The notes under the pieces: generated by a model
What the model was told of the DNA's origin: nothing
Databases searched by the model: none
What the model saw: only the letters and a program-made list of their open reading frames with translations
Made by a program: the position numbers and the translations under genes
In this document: positions 16,889-30,116 of the stretch, piece by piece
How the letters are laid out: each line of letters starts with the position of its first letter
Numbering within the stretch: position 1 is the first letter of the stretch
Assembly: GCF_009914755.1 (NCBI RefSeq)
Contig: NC_060933.1
Strand: one strand, 5' to 3'
Origin: the human T2T-CHM13v2.0 reference genome, Homo sapiens
DNA: 64,000 bases

Positions 16889-19800
16889 GCGTTCTAGAGC
16901 CCAACACATCACCTGTTCCTTTCCATACTACCACAACTGACACTCTCTGGAAAGTGCCACCTCCCTGCAGCAGGCCAACCAGCACAAAAATAGTACATTA
17001 AACCAGCAAAGCTAAGAACCCTCAAAGAGTACATTTCACCCTCCTACCACCTCCACTGGAACAGGTGCTGGTATCCACAGCTGAGAGACCCACAGATGGT
17101 TCACATCTCCCGACTCTGTGCAGACTACCCCCCAGTACCAGCCTGGAGTCGGGTAGACCTGCTGGGTGGCTAGATCCAAAAGAGAGATAGCAATCACTAC
17201 AGCTCAGCTCTCAGGAAGCCACATCCATAGGAAAAGGGAGAGAGTACTACATCAAGGGAACACCCCATAGGATGAAAGAATCTGAACAACAACCTTCAGC
17301 CCTAGACCTTCTCTCTGACAGAGCCTACCCAAATGAGAAGGAAACAGAAAACCGACCCTGGTAGTATGACAAAACAAGGTTCTTTAACACCCCCCAAAAA
17401 ATCACACTAGCTCACCAGCAATGGATCCAAACTAAGAAGAAATCCCTGACTTACTTGAAAAAGAATTCACTAGGTTGGTTATTAAGCTAAGGCATCAGAG
17501 AAAGGTGAAGCCCAATGTAAGGATATAAAAAAAAAAGATACAAGAAGTAAAGGGAGAAATATTCAATGAACTAGATAGCATAAATAAAAAACAATCAAAA
17601 CTTTAGGAAATAATGGACATACTTATAGAAATATAAAATGCTCTGGAAAGTCTTAGCAATAGAATTGAACAAGTAGAAGAAGGAAATTCAGAGCCTGAAG
17701 ACAAGGTCTTCTAATTAACCGAATCCAATAAAGAGAAAGAAAAAAGAATAAGAAAATATGAAGAAAGCCTTCAAGAAATCTGGAATTATGTTAAATGACC
17801 AAACCTAAGAATAACCGGCATTCCTGAGGAAGAAGAGAAATCTAAACGTTTGTTAAACATATTTGGGGGAATAATTGAGGAAAACTTCCCCAGCTTTGCT
17901 AGAGACCTAGATCCAAATACAAGAAGCACAAAGAACATCTGGGAAATTCATCGCAAAAAGATCATCATCTAGGCACATTGTCGTCAGGTTATCTAAAGTT
18001 AAGATGAAAGAAAGAGCTGTGAAACAAAAGCACCAGGTAACCTATAAAGGAAAACTTACCAGATTAACAGCACATTTCTCAGCAGAATCCCTGCAAGCCA
18101 GAAGAGATTGGAACCCTATCTTCAGCCTCCTCAAACAAAACAATTATCAGCTGAGAATTTTGTATTCAGCAAAACTAAGCTTCATATATGAAGGCAAGAT
18201 ACAGCTTTTTCAGACAAACAGAGAATTCACCACTACCAAGCCACCAGTGCAAGAATGCTAAAAGGAACTCTAAATCTTGAAACAAATCCTGGAAACATAT
18301 CAAAACAGAACCTCTTTAAAGCATAAATATCACAGGACCTATAAAACAAAAATACAATTAGAAAAACAACAAAAACCAAAAAAACAAGGTATACAGGCAA
18401 CAAATAGCATGATGAATAGAGTGGTACCTCACATCTCAATACTAACATTGAATATAAATGGCCTAAATGCTCCACTTAAAAGATACAGAATTGCAGAATA
18501 GGTAAGAATTCACCAACCAACTATCTGTTGCCTTCAAGAGTCTCACCTAACACATAAGGACTCACATAAACTTAAGGTAAAGGGATGGACCAAGACATTT
18601 CATGCAAACGGACACCAAATGTGAGCAGGAGTAGCCATTCTTATATTAGACAAAACAAACTTTAAAGAAATAGCAGTTTAAAAAGACAAAGAGGGACATT
18701 ATATAATGAAAAAAAGGCCTTGTCCAACAGGAAAGTATCACAATCCTAAACATATGCACCTAACACTGGAGCTCCCAAATTTATAAAAGAATTACTAATA
18801 GACCTAAAAAATTAGACAGACAGCAACACAATAATAGTGAGGGATTTTAATACTCCACTGACAGCACTGCACAGGTCATCAAGACAGAAAGTCAACAAAG
18901 AAACAGTGGATTTAAACTATACCTTGGAACAAATGGAGTTAAAAGATATATACAGAATATTCCATCCAACAACCACAGAATATACGTTCTGTTCAACAGC
19001 ACATGAACTTTCTGTAAGATAGACCATATGATAGCCAACAAAATGAGCCTCAATAAATTTTAAGAAAATTAAAATTATATCAAGCACTCTCTCAGACCAC
19101 AGTGGAATAAAACTGGAAATCAACTCCAAAAGGAACCTTCAAAACCATGCAGATACGTGGAATAACCTGCTCCTGAATGATCATTGGGTCAAAGATGAAA
19201 TCAAGATGGAACTGTAAAAATTCCTCAAACTGAATGACAATAATGACACAACCTATCAACCTCTGGGATACAGCAAAGGTGGTGCTAAGAGGAAAGTTCA
19301 TAGCCCTAAATGCCTACATCAAAAAGTTGGAAAGAGCACAGACAATCTAAGGTCACATCTCAAAGAACTAGAGAAACAAGAACAAACCCAGCAGAAGAAA
19401 GAAGATCAGAGTGGAATTAAATGAAATTGAAACAAAACAACAAAAAAATCCAAAAGATAAATGAAACAAAAAGCTGGTTCTTTGAAAAGATAAATAAAAT
19501 TGATAGACCGTTAGCAAGATTAGCCAAGAAAAGAGAGAAAATCCAAATAAGCTCAATAAGAAATGAAACGGGAGATATTACAACTGACACCACAGAAATA
19601 CAAAAGATATTCAAGGCTACTATGAACACCTTTACATGCATAAACTAGAAAACCTAAAATAGATGGATAAATTCCTGGAAAGATACAACCCTCCTAGCTT
19701 AAATCAGGAAGAATTACCCTGAACAGACCAGTAACAAGCAGGGAGATTGAAATGGTAATTAAAAAATTACCAACAAAAAAATGTCCAGGACTAGATGGAT

Positions 19801-21549
19801 TCACAACAGAATTCCACCAGATATTCAAAGAAGAATTGGTACCAGTCTTAAAGACACTATTCCACAAGAGAGAGAAAGAAGGAATCCTCCCTAAATCATG
19901 AAGCCAGTATCACCCTAATACCAAAACCAGGAAAGGACATAACCAAAGAAGAAAACTACAGACCAATATCCTTGAACATAGATGCTAAAATCCTTAAGAA
20001 AATTCTAGCTAACTGATTCCAACAACATATCAAAAAGATAATCCACCATGATCAAGGGGTTTCATACCAGGGATGCAGGGATGGTTTAACATACACATGC
20101 GCGTAGCCAAAGCAAGACTAAGCAAAAAGAACAAATCTGAAGGCATCACATTACCTGATTTCAAACTTATACTATAAGGCCATAGTCACCAAAACAGCAT
20201 GGTACGGTTATAAAAATAGGCACATGGACCAATGGAACAGAATAGAGAACCCAGAAATAAACCCAAATACTTACAGCCAACTGATCTTCAACAAAGCAAA
20301 CAAAAACGTAAAGTGGAAAAAGGATACCCTTTGCAACAAATGGTGCTGGGATAATTGGCTAGCCACATGTAGGAGAATGAAACTGGATCCTCATCTCTCA
20401 CTGTATACAAAAATCAACCCAAGATAAATTAAAGACAAATCTAAGACCGGAAACTATAAAAATTCTAAAAGATACCATTGGAAAAATCATTCTAGACATT
20501 GGCTTAGGCAAGGATTTCAAGCAAATGCAATAAAAACAAAGATAAATAGCTGGGACTTAATTAAACTAAAGAAATTTTGCACAGCAAAAGGAACAGTCAG
20601 CAGAGTAAACAGACAACCCACAGAGAAGGAGAAAATCTTTCATAATATATACATCTGAAAAAGAACAAATATCCAGAATCTACAATGAACTCCAACAAAT
20701 CAGCAAGAAAAGCAGTCCCATCAAAAAGTGGGCTAAGGACATGAATAGACCGTTCTTAAAAGAAGATATACAAATGGCCAATAAACATATGGAAAAATGC
20801 TCAACATCACTAATGATCAGGGAAATGCAAATCAAAACCACAGTGCGATACCGCCTTACTTCTGCAAGAATGGCCATAATAAAAAAATCAAAAAAATAGT
20901 AGATGTTGGCATGGATGTGGTGAACACAGAACACTTCTACACTGCTGGTGGGAATGTAAACTAGTACAACCACTATGGAAAACAGTGTGGAGATTCCTTA
21001 AAGAACTAAAAGTAGAACTACCATTTGGTCCAGCAATCCCACTACTACATATCCACCCAGAGGAAAAGAAGTCATTATACGAAAAAGATACGTGCACTCG
21101 CATGTTTATAGCAGCACAATTCGCAATTGCAAAAACGTGGAACCAACCCAAATGCCCATCAATCAATGCGTGGATAAAGTAACTGTGATATATATACATA
21201 CAATGGAATACTCCTCAGCCATAAAAAGGAGTGAATTAATGGCATTCGCAGTGACCTGGATAAGATTGGAGACTATTATTCTAAGTGAAAGAACTCAGGA
21301 ATGGAAAACCAAACATCGCTATGTTCTCACTCATAAGTGGGAGCTAAGCTATGAGGATGCAAAGGCATAAGAATGACACAATGAACTTTGGGGACTCAGG
21401 GAGAAAGGGTGGGAAGGAGATGAGGAATAAAAGACAAAAATTGGGTGCAGTGTATACTGCTCAGGTGATGGGTGTACCAAAATCTCACAAATCACCACTA
21501 AAGAAGTTAACCAACACCACCTGTTCCCCAGTAACCTATGGAAAGAAAG
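16889..21549 (+). mobile_element. L1PB (L1PB1-like), degenerate, with internal deletion, sense within the ZNG1 intron
   Basis: Broken ORF1/ORF2 peptides in the ORF track (18004-21370). L1PB-type 3' UTR (GAGCTAAGCTATGAGGATGCAAAGGCATAAG). Degenerate TSD AAATATCTCATGTTTTTG / AAATGTCTCATATGTTTCTG. Confidence 0.88.
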
Positions 21550-22667
21550 AAATGTCTCATATGTTTCTGCCTAAATTGGTCTTTAATACTTTAGCGATTC
21601 TCTTGAGTTTGGATTATAAAATAGTTTTTGGTCTTTTTGTATTTTCTGCTGTAAGCCTGTATGATTATGTAATGGTGAGTAAAATTGCTAGGCCAGATAC
21701 GCAGTTCTAGGAAGTTATGCAAAGATGTGCTTTAGTATATTATTTTCTACCTTTTTAAATTCATTTTGAGCTTGGCTTTTGAGCCTCTATTTTCCAAGGT
21801 GAGGTGTATGTTTTTATAATGTTATGCTTAGCCCTTGTGTATTTTCATCTCTGAGTTTGAAATTTGGGGTTATATTGGCAAAGGGAGGTTTGGGTTTTAA
21901 TTAGGTGACCTGTTACAGGAAATGTTAAGCTTCTGTTTCTTTAGGGTAGACAGTGAGAGATTTATCAAGATAAAGAAGAAAAATAAATCCTAAAGTTAAT
22001 ATTCAATACATGATGATGTCACCCTTACTAAAGCCAAAGAGGGCATTATCCTATCATTCTCATCGCTAAGAACTCTTCTCCTCCTGGCACATGCTTATTC
22101 AGTTAAAGATAAGCCAAGCCTTTCTTTTGTATTTTTTTTTTAAGAGAACAAATTTACTTCGGTTTTGAGTTTTATTCCTGGCTCTGGGTAGCTTATTTTT
22201 TTGACCCTTATTTTCCCCAATTTATAAAATGAAATAGTTATCTTCACTCCCCAGGATTGTTGTGAAGAGTAAGTCAAAAGATAAAATGAGGTGACTCAGG
22301 CAAAAGTACCTGGCCCTGTGTAGTGAGTACATTGTATGTGTTACATATATTCTTATTGCTGAGAATCCACGAAAGAATGAATTAAATAATGAGGACCCTT
22401 TCATCAGGGTTTTTGAGTGAGTTTTTTAAAATACAAGGTAGTAGTTTGTGTAAATACTAAATCCATTGGTACCTGTGCAGAATGTAGGAAATGGAGTTGC
22501 TAATTCCAAAAAAAACAGCACATATGCTGAGGAAAGTATAATACCTAATATATATGGTTTAAGCAATGTAAAATTCCATGAATATGTTCCTTTTCATCTT
22601 AAAATTTGTGATTTAAAAAACATTGATATTACTATAAAGAATTATTATTATTTCCCTTGATTTACAG

Positions 22668-22736
22668 AGTATTGTTACAATCACATTTGAAGTACCAGGA
22701 AATGCAAAGGAAGAACATCTTAATATGTTTATTCAG
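22668..22736 (+). CDS. ZNG1: ZNG1/CBWD coding exon, 69 nt
   Basis: tttacag|[23 protein letters not shown]|gtga; phase 0-0, in frame with neighbours. Confidence 0.93.
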
Positions 22737-22839
22737 GTGAATGCAATTTTTAACTGATTAATGATTTATCAATGGTTTTGTTACATAGTTGTTGCTATTA
22801 GCGATGGTTGGTCTTATTAAAATATGTCACTTGATACAG

Positions 22840-22905
22840 AATCTCCTGTGGGAAAAGAATATGAGAAACAAGGACAATCACTGCATGGAGGTCATAAGGC
22901 TGAAG
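22840..22905 (+). CDS. ZNG1: ZNG1/CBWD coding exon, 66 nt
   Basis: gatacag|[22 protein letters not shown]|gtac. Confidence 0.93.
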
Positions 22906-24028
22906 GTACAGTTTACTGTTGCAGACTTTTGGACAAAGTCCTTTTCTTGGCTGTTATAAAAACTATATTTGGTTTTAAACAGAAACACTGGTTTTAGTAC
23001 AAATCATCTTTGTCTACTTTCATTTTTCTTTATTATTTTCATGACTGAAAAGGAGCTTTGGAAATCACTGCATAAGGCTTGATTTATTTGCACAACTTTC
23101 TTTAGGGTTGCAGCTAGAACAAACCTGTGTGCTTTGAAATGTTACCTTCTGCTCTCTGTTCCCAAGTACAGAGAAATAATGTTGCAAATCTCACTTCTGC
23201 TGAACATTATGCTTCCTGATGCATTTAGCAGACACTAAACATTTGTCATACTCTAAACAAAGTTACAAAGGACTAGAAGAATTCTTGTTCTGTATTTAGA
23301 AACCCACTCACATTACTTGATATTTGGGTATTTAAGTCATGAAAGGTATTTCTTCTAGGAAGCAGTGATTGTAAAGTGTATGCTTAACCAGTCAGTTGAG
23401 TGTCTACTCTTGTGTGTTCACAAGTGTGCACAAAGTTTTTGGTAAATTAAGAATATTATTTCAAATAAATTAATTTCATCCCCATAGGAGCCAGTTTATC
23501 AGATAATTCGTTTCTCATTTCTGCAAATCAATACACAATGAGCTCATATTCAGATAAATATAATAGTTTTTCTTTATTTCAACATTGTTCATTGATTGCA
23601 ACCCATTTCTAAAACAAATTATTTAATATAACCAAACTCCTTTAACTTCTCAACTTTTCCCACTAAAACTGTGAAACATTATATAAAATCTTTAATCAAT
23701 AGGATATGATACATATTTCATCATTTTGTTTCAGGTTTTGGTTGTGATAAATAACACTGAAAAACCATCCTAATATATGTATTAACTTTATCATTAGAAA
23801 AGGGGATTGTTCAAAAAAAAAAATACACAGAAACCTTTTTTGAAAATTAAAAACATTAAGAAACTTCTTGTAATTCACAAATAATTGAAATTAAGTAATT
23901 TTCTCAGCTTAAGAGTTTGTATTTTTTAAGTGAATATCAGTAATTAATCCATTAACATTGATGCTCTATTTCTGCTTTTAAGTTTGAACTGAGGCTGATT
24001 AATGTTCAGTCAATTCTCCTTTGAGCAG

Positions 24029-24158
24029 GGATTGGTGTCAATCAAAGACAAATCACAACAAGTGATTGTCCAGGGTGTCCATGAGCTCTATGATCTGGAG
24101 GAGACTCCAGTGAGCTGGAAGGATGACACTGAGAGAACAAATCGATTGGTCCTCATTG
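24029..24158 (+). CDS. ZNG1: ZNG1/CBWD coding exon, 130 nt (CobW C-terminal domain)
   Basis: gagcag|[44 protein letters not shown]|gtaagt. Confidence 0.95.
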
Positions 24159-24545
24159 GTAAGTCTCAAAGGATTCACAGTTTTAAAACAAAGTGAAAAA
24201 TATATTTGAAAGGGATATCATGTGCCACTTAAACAGATTAACCATTCAGGTCCTCTTTTAAAACTAAATAAGCTTGTGGTCAATGTTTCATCTTTATCAT
24301 GTTACAACGTTCGTAAAAGCTTGTTAGGACTTGTGTTCTTCTTCAGTTTTAGAAAAGTGGTTAATCCAAGGACCAATGTGACTTTGATGTACTGACCTGG
24401 AAAGTTAAAGATGGAATCACTCAATTACTATTCTTTTTGTAAATTTCTAAACACCATAAAGCATTTAATGAACTGGAATTGATAGGTGAACTGTGTCATT
24501 TTAATAAGCATAATGTAATCACGTCATATTTTGTTTTGTTTGCAG

Positions 24546-24652
24546 GCAGAAATTTAGATAAGGATATCCTTAAACAGCTGTTTATAGCTACTGTGACAGA
24601 AACAGAAAAGCAGTGGACAACACATTTCAAAGAAGATCAAGTTTGTACATAA
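24546..24652 (+). CDS. ZNG1: ZNG1/CBWD terminal coding exon
   Basis: tttgcag|(G)[34 protein letters not shown] then TAA at 24650-24652. Confidence 0.95.
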
Positions 24653-25085
24653 CACTAGTGGCATTTCTTATCAAAAGGATTGGATAATAAAAATAAGTTT
24701 CTACTGGGTATATTTCAAGCATTTATTTATTACTTTAGTTACGAATTCCAATATACTTTAAAATGGTATTTGTTTTACAGCATACATTAAATGTAGCAAA
24801 TCAGTACTGTAAAACATTTAACATTCATACAATTATATATAATATCCTTTTTTTTAAAGAATGGTATTTCACAAAAATATCTTTTGAAATTGGCTTTGGA
24901 GTTTACATATACTGAACATGAAAGTTTATAATAATGATGATACAACTTTCAACATTGTCATTTTTTCTTAGAACTTCAGCTGATTGCAGAGATATAATGA
25001 TTACATTGTTATTAAATTTTTTTTAACACAAGTAAGTGTCACCATTTTATGACATGAAATAAAAGGTTATGACTGTTATTGATGT
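24653..25085 (+). terminator. ZNG1/CBWD 3' UTR with polyadenylation signals
   Basis: AATAAA at 24686-24691 and 25058-25063; the second is followed by GT-rich sequence. Confidence 0.7.
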
Positions 25086-25089
25086 TGAT

Positions 25090-25500
25090 GTTGACGACCT
25101 GATCACCTGGCTGAAGGAGTGTTTGTCAGGTTTCTGCATTGTAAAGTTACTCTTCTCCCCCATTTCATTCTGTGCTCTTTGGAAGGAAATCACTATGCAC
25201 AGCCCACACTAAAGGAATGGGGAGTTGTAGTGTACTTTCTTGGGAGTGGTCTACATAATTAATTGAAATTCTTCTGCAAGGGACAGATGTCCCTTTCGCT
25301 TTATTAGTTTGATCATTTATGTTTATCAGTGTGGACACGAATATTTTATACTTTGGGTTACAATTTAATACTACTTTATTTTGTTGCTCAAATTTTCCCA
25401 GCTTTGACCATTGGGAACTCTTTCAGTTATCTCCTGTTCCCCCCTTTGACATACCCCCATCAATGTGGGTTTTGTGTTTTGTTTTTGAGCGCCTCCTTAT
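25090..25500 (-). mobile_element. Old L1MD/L1ME fragment
   Basis: GTCAGGTTTCTGCATTGTAAAGTTACT and related motifs typical of ancient L1 3' ends. Confidence 0.5.
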
Positions 25501-26399
25501 TTTTCTCCTGTATTTTTAAATAACCCCAATCCCTATTGAAGCTGGCGCTAGGAAAACTAACAATACTCCCTTTCCCAGGTCATCCGATTCCTATGCTGAT
25601 GGAGGAAATTTGCCTCACATGCTGGGGGGCGCTGGGGAGGAGGCGTCTGGGATTATGTGGTTGAATAAGACACCTGGCCTGGCCCTCCTGGAGCTTAGTT
25701 TAGTAGGTCACACAAGCAGTCATTGGTAAATTTGGGATTCAAACAAATCTGTTAGGCTCAAACCTGTCTGTTATTTGTCCTCCAAGCTTCATATAAACTG
25801 AGGAGCCCTAAAGGGTAAAAACTTCAGGAGCAGCAAAGTTTCAAAAAAAGATCAGCAAGAAAGCTCTTTTCCAGATTTTATCCTGAAGGCACTAGCTACT
25901 TTAAGCTATTTTTTATTATATTTTGCCCTTGCAGTTGGCGTTTGATTTCTCACTGAACATTCATTGTCATAATTATAGACACTATGTGACTATCAAGGGC
26001 ATAATATTCCTTCATGCTGCATTTTTATTAGATGGCACCTCAAAGTTTTCCCAAGTAGGTGGGTTTTAAATTATGAATATATACCGTGGCATAGTATCTT
26101 ACTTAGTATTTTAATAAGATCCTTATTTATATAACAAATATTTTTTTTTATTCCTCTGTAGTGCTACTTTAGTCTCTGACCTAATTTTCATGAAGCCAAT
26201 CTAAAAATCGTGTTACTTCTAAGGATGTGGAGCGAGTGAGATGAACAGTTGTGCTGTCATATTGCCCCTCCCCAGTGCAGATAGTGAATGAGGACCCACT
26301 GATTTAAAGGCAACACTGCAGCCCCTTCTTGCCTCATTGAAGTCCCAAGTTTTATTACAGTAAAAGCACTTAATGTTGACATTTCTGAAAGAATGAAGA

Positions 26400-26871
<472 letters not shown>

Positions 26872-26889
26872 AAAGAATGAAGAGGCAGA

Positions 26890-27004
26890 GCCTGGGAGAG
26901 TGGCACGCCTGTAGTCCCACCTACGCAGGAGGCTGAGGCGGGAGGATCACTTGAGCCCAGGAATTCAAAGCCAGCCTGCTCAACATAGACCCTGTCTCTA
27001 AAAA
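26890..27004 (+). mobile_element. FLAM/free Alu monomer
   Basis: Single ~115-bp Alu monomer with GGATCACTTGAGCCCAGGA. Confidence 0.75.
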
Positions 27005-27949
27005 TGAATTGGTTATAAAGGATGAAGAAAGGAAGGAGGAAAGGGAGAGAGAGAAGCCCTTATAGAGTGGGTGCATTTCTTGTATGTGGGGCCACTTTGT
27101 AAGAACAGGATTTTTCAAACTGGGCCCATACTGGTATGTGTGAAATCAACTTAGTTGGTTATGGCCATTTTTTTTTAAAAGGAAATATCAGTGATCACTA
27201 TAGTGTAAGTATATTGTTTCGTGAAACCCATCTTAGTTATGTATTATGTCTGTATGTGTAAGATTGTGATATAAAATGTATTTCTGTGGTTAAATATTCA
27301 AAGAAATTGGAGAACCATTGCTACAAGGGGACAGAGGACTCCGTGTGAGCTCTCCTGCCTTCCCTGAATAAACTTACACAATTTAGTGCTGGGACATTTG
27401 GACCTTTTCTGAAAATTTGAGTCAGGGAGAGCATCTTGGGGAGGTGGGAAGGAAGGTAGAAGGAGCAAAGCAACACCCCCCTGAAGCCTGGGAATATTGT
27501 CAGAACCTTAAATATAATTCAGCTCACCATTCTGGGTAAGGACAGACTCTACCAATGAAAATGGGTGATTACCAGCTGTGAAACACAAAAACATACTTTT
27601 ACGGTTACACATTCCTTTACAAACAACCGTGTACATTTCAGCCTCCTGCCCCACCATTTCTTTTCTCCAGGAGGGAAGGCTGCATGTCGAGGTGGTCATA
27701 GAATGTTGAGTATCATACTTTCCTACCTCGCTTTTATTTGCGCGGGTTTAAATGTGCCTTAACAGAACCCGTGCAAAGGCTTGCCAACTGTCTGGCTGCA
27801 CCGGATGAGTAGAGCATCTTCCTTGGTGGCAGGTGGGTGCGAGGAGGAGGGGCCTGGGCTTTTCTCCGGACAGTGTTTGCCCAGAAGACCATCATCCCTG
27901 GACTACGTTAGGAGGAAGTGGCACCGCTCCGAGGTAGGGGAAGAAGGGT

Positions 27950-28000
27950 TATAAAGCGGGGAGTCCACCACACATGGTCTTGAAGAAGCTTTTATAAAAG
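27950..28000 (+). promoter_or_regulatory. Candidate FOXD4L core promoter (two TATA boxes)
   Basis: TATAAA at 27950-27955 and TATAAAA at 27993-27999, ~190-230 bp upstream of the ATG at the edge of a CpG island. Confidence 0.55.
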
Positions 28001-28181
28001 GCAAAGGCATCTTTGCCGGACGTTGTTGCAAAGGAGTAGAAACAAGCAGACGAAAACATCCCAAAGGGTAACCACTAGCGTTCCTGCTTCTTGCAACATT
28101 CATCCCAGGCTTCCAGCTCAGCCCGCCCCAGGCCAGGTGATCGGCCGCCACATCCCCTGCGACTGAAGCACCTGCTCCTCC

Positions 28182-29435
28182 ATGAACATGCCAAGAGCTG
28201 AGCGCCCTCGCTCCACACCGCAGCGCAGCCTCCGGGACTCCGATGGGGAAGACGGTAAAATCGATGTCCTGGGAGAGGAGGAAGATGAAGACGAGGTGGA
28301 AGACGAGGAGGAGGAGGCGAGACAGCAGTTCCTAGAGCAGTCGCTCCAGCCGGGGCTGCAGGTGGCCCGGTGGGGCGGGGTTGCGCTTCCCCGAGAGCAC
28401 ATCGAGGGCGGCGGCGGCCCGAGTGACCCCTCAGAGTTTGGCACCAAGTTCAGGGCACCGCCAAGGTCTGCGGCGGCCTCTGAAGATGCCCGGCAGCCGG
28501 CAAAGCCCCGCTACTCGTACATCGCGCTCATCACCATGGCCATCCTGCAAAACCCGCACAAGCGCCTCACGCTCAGCGGCATCTGCGCCTTCATTAGTGG
28601 CCGCTTCCCATACTACCGCCGCAAGTTCCCCGCCTGGCAGAACAGCATCCGCCACAACCTCTCGCTGAACGACTGCTTCGTTAAGATCCCCCGCGAGCCG
28701 GGCCACCCAGGCAAGGGCAACTACTGGAGCCTGGACCCCGCCTCCCAGGACATGTTCGACAATGGCAGCTTTCTCCGGCGTAGGAAGCGTTTCAAGCGCC
28801 ACCAACTGACCCCGGGAGCCCACCTGCCCCACCCCTTCCCTCTACCTGCTGCACACGCCGCCCTGCACAACCCCCACCCAGGCCCTCTGCTTGGGGCCCC
28901 TGCCCCGCCGCAGCCAGTCCCGGGGGCCTACCCCAACACCGCCCCCGGGAGACGCCCTTACGCTCTGCTGCACCCGCATCCTCTTCGCTACCTACTGCTC
29001 TCGGCCCCCGTCTATGCCGGGGCACCGAAGAAAGCAGAAGGCGCGGACCTGGCGACCCCGGCACCCTTCCCGTGCTGCAGCCCTCACTTGGTCCTCAGCC
29101 TTGGGAGGAGGGCAAGGGTCTGGCGTCGCCACCGGGAGGCGGATGCATCTCTTTCAGCATTGAGAGTATTATGCAAGGGGTCAGGGGAGCGGGTACAGGG
29201 GCTGCGCAGAGTTTGTCCCCGACCGCGTGGAGCTACTGCCACCTGCTCCAGCGACCATCAAGCCTGTTGCATCCCCAAACCGCTGCCCCTTTGCTGCAAG
29301 TGTCCGCCGCCGCCGCTGCTCGGACAATTTTGCAGCAATAGCAGCAGCATCAGGAGGAGGACTGCGCCAACGGCTGCGCTCCCACCAAGGGCGCGGTGCT
29401 GGGCGGGCACCTGTCGGCCTCGTCGGCGCTGCTGA
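28182..29435 (+). CDS. FOXD4L: Forkhead box D4-like transcription factor (FOXD4L family), intronless, 417 aa
   Basis: Acidic N-terminus with IDVLGE motif, forkhead domain ([11 protein letters not shown]...[21 protein letters not shown]...GNYWSLDP...FLRRRKRF), Pro-rich region and the Cys/Arg-rich C-terminus of FOXD4L3-6. Directly downstream of CBWD, as in the known block. Exact paralog unresolved. Confidence 0.96.
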   Translation: MNMPRAERPRSTPQRSLRDSDGEDGKIDVLGEEEDEDEVEDEEEEARQQFLEQSLQPGLQVARWGGVALPREHIEGGGGPSDPSEFGTKFRAPPRSAAASEDARQPAKPRYSYIALITMAILQNPHKRLTLSGICAFISGRFPYYRRKFPAWQNSIRHNLSLNDCFVKIPREPGHPGKGNYWSLDPASQDMFDNGSFLRRRKRFKRHQLTPGAHLPHPFPLPAAHAALHNPHPGPLLGAPAPPQPVPGAYPNTAPGRRPYALLHPHPLRYLLLSAPVYAGAPKKAEGADLATPAPFPCCSPHLVLSLGRRARVWRRHREADASLSALRVLCKGSGERVQGLRRVCPRPRGATATCSSDHQACCIPKPLPLCCKCPPPPLLGQFCSNSSSIRRRTAPTAALPPRARCWAGTCRPRRRC

Positions 29436-30110
29436 GGTATCAGGCAGTGGCAGAGGGCTCTAGGCTGACATCGCTGGCTGCCCCTTTGGGCGGAGAGGGG
29501 ACCTCACCAGTTTTTTTAGTATCGCCCACGCCCAGTTCCCTGGCCAACTCCGCAGGGCCCTCCTAGAGCCAGGTGGGAGTGGGGAGCGAGCCGCAGCTGC
29601 TCACTCCACCTTGCGCGGCCCATACTGGGCGTGTGCATATGAATCCCGCTGGAGAGCAAACACGAACTTCTGTTCGTTCGCTGCAAAATGGTTAGAAACA
29701 GCTGGATTACGTTCCTCTAAAAACCAACTGAACGTAACCTTCGCAGGGCGTCAAGTCATCTTTTCTTGCCTTCGGTTGTGGCTTCTATGGCTGTCCCGAT
29801 TTGCACATTTCCTGGGGTACTATGAACGTGAGTGGGGTATTTTGTTCTGGCATTAGAAGAAAAACAAGCAAGCAAACAAAAACACAGCCTCCGATGCCAA
29901 ACATGTTCCCCCTTCTTCACTTCCTTGGAACTGGAAGTATTATTCCTAAGTCTAGTGCAAAATGCTTCTACTCTCTGTGTCTTCCTGATAGGGATGTTTA
30001 ATGTAAGTAGGATATTAATTTCAGAACATTGATTTCTTATCTGTGTGTCTGACGTGCCATCTTTAATGTTAAAATTAAGGTGTTAAAATTAAGCCTAGTT
30101 ATATAGACGA

Positions 30111-30116
30111 AATAAA
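30111..30116 (+). terminator. Probable FOXD4L polyadenylation signal
   Basis: AATAAA at the end of an AT-rich 3' UTR, followed by T-rich sequence. Confidence 0.6.

Noticed and set aside
24002-24196. 64-aa ORF as a stand-alone gene
   Set aside because: It is ZNG1 exon 24029-24158 read through its intron flanks
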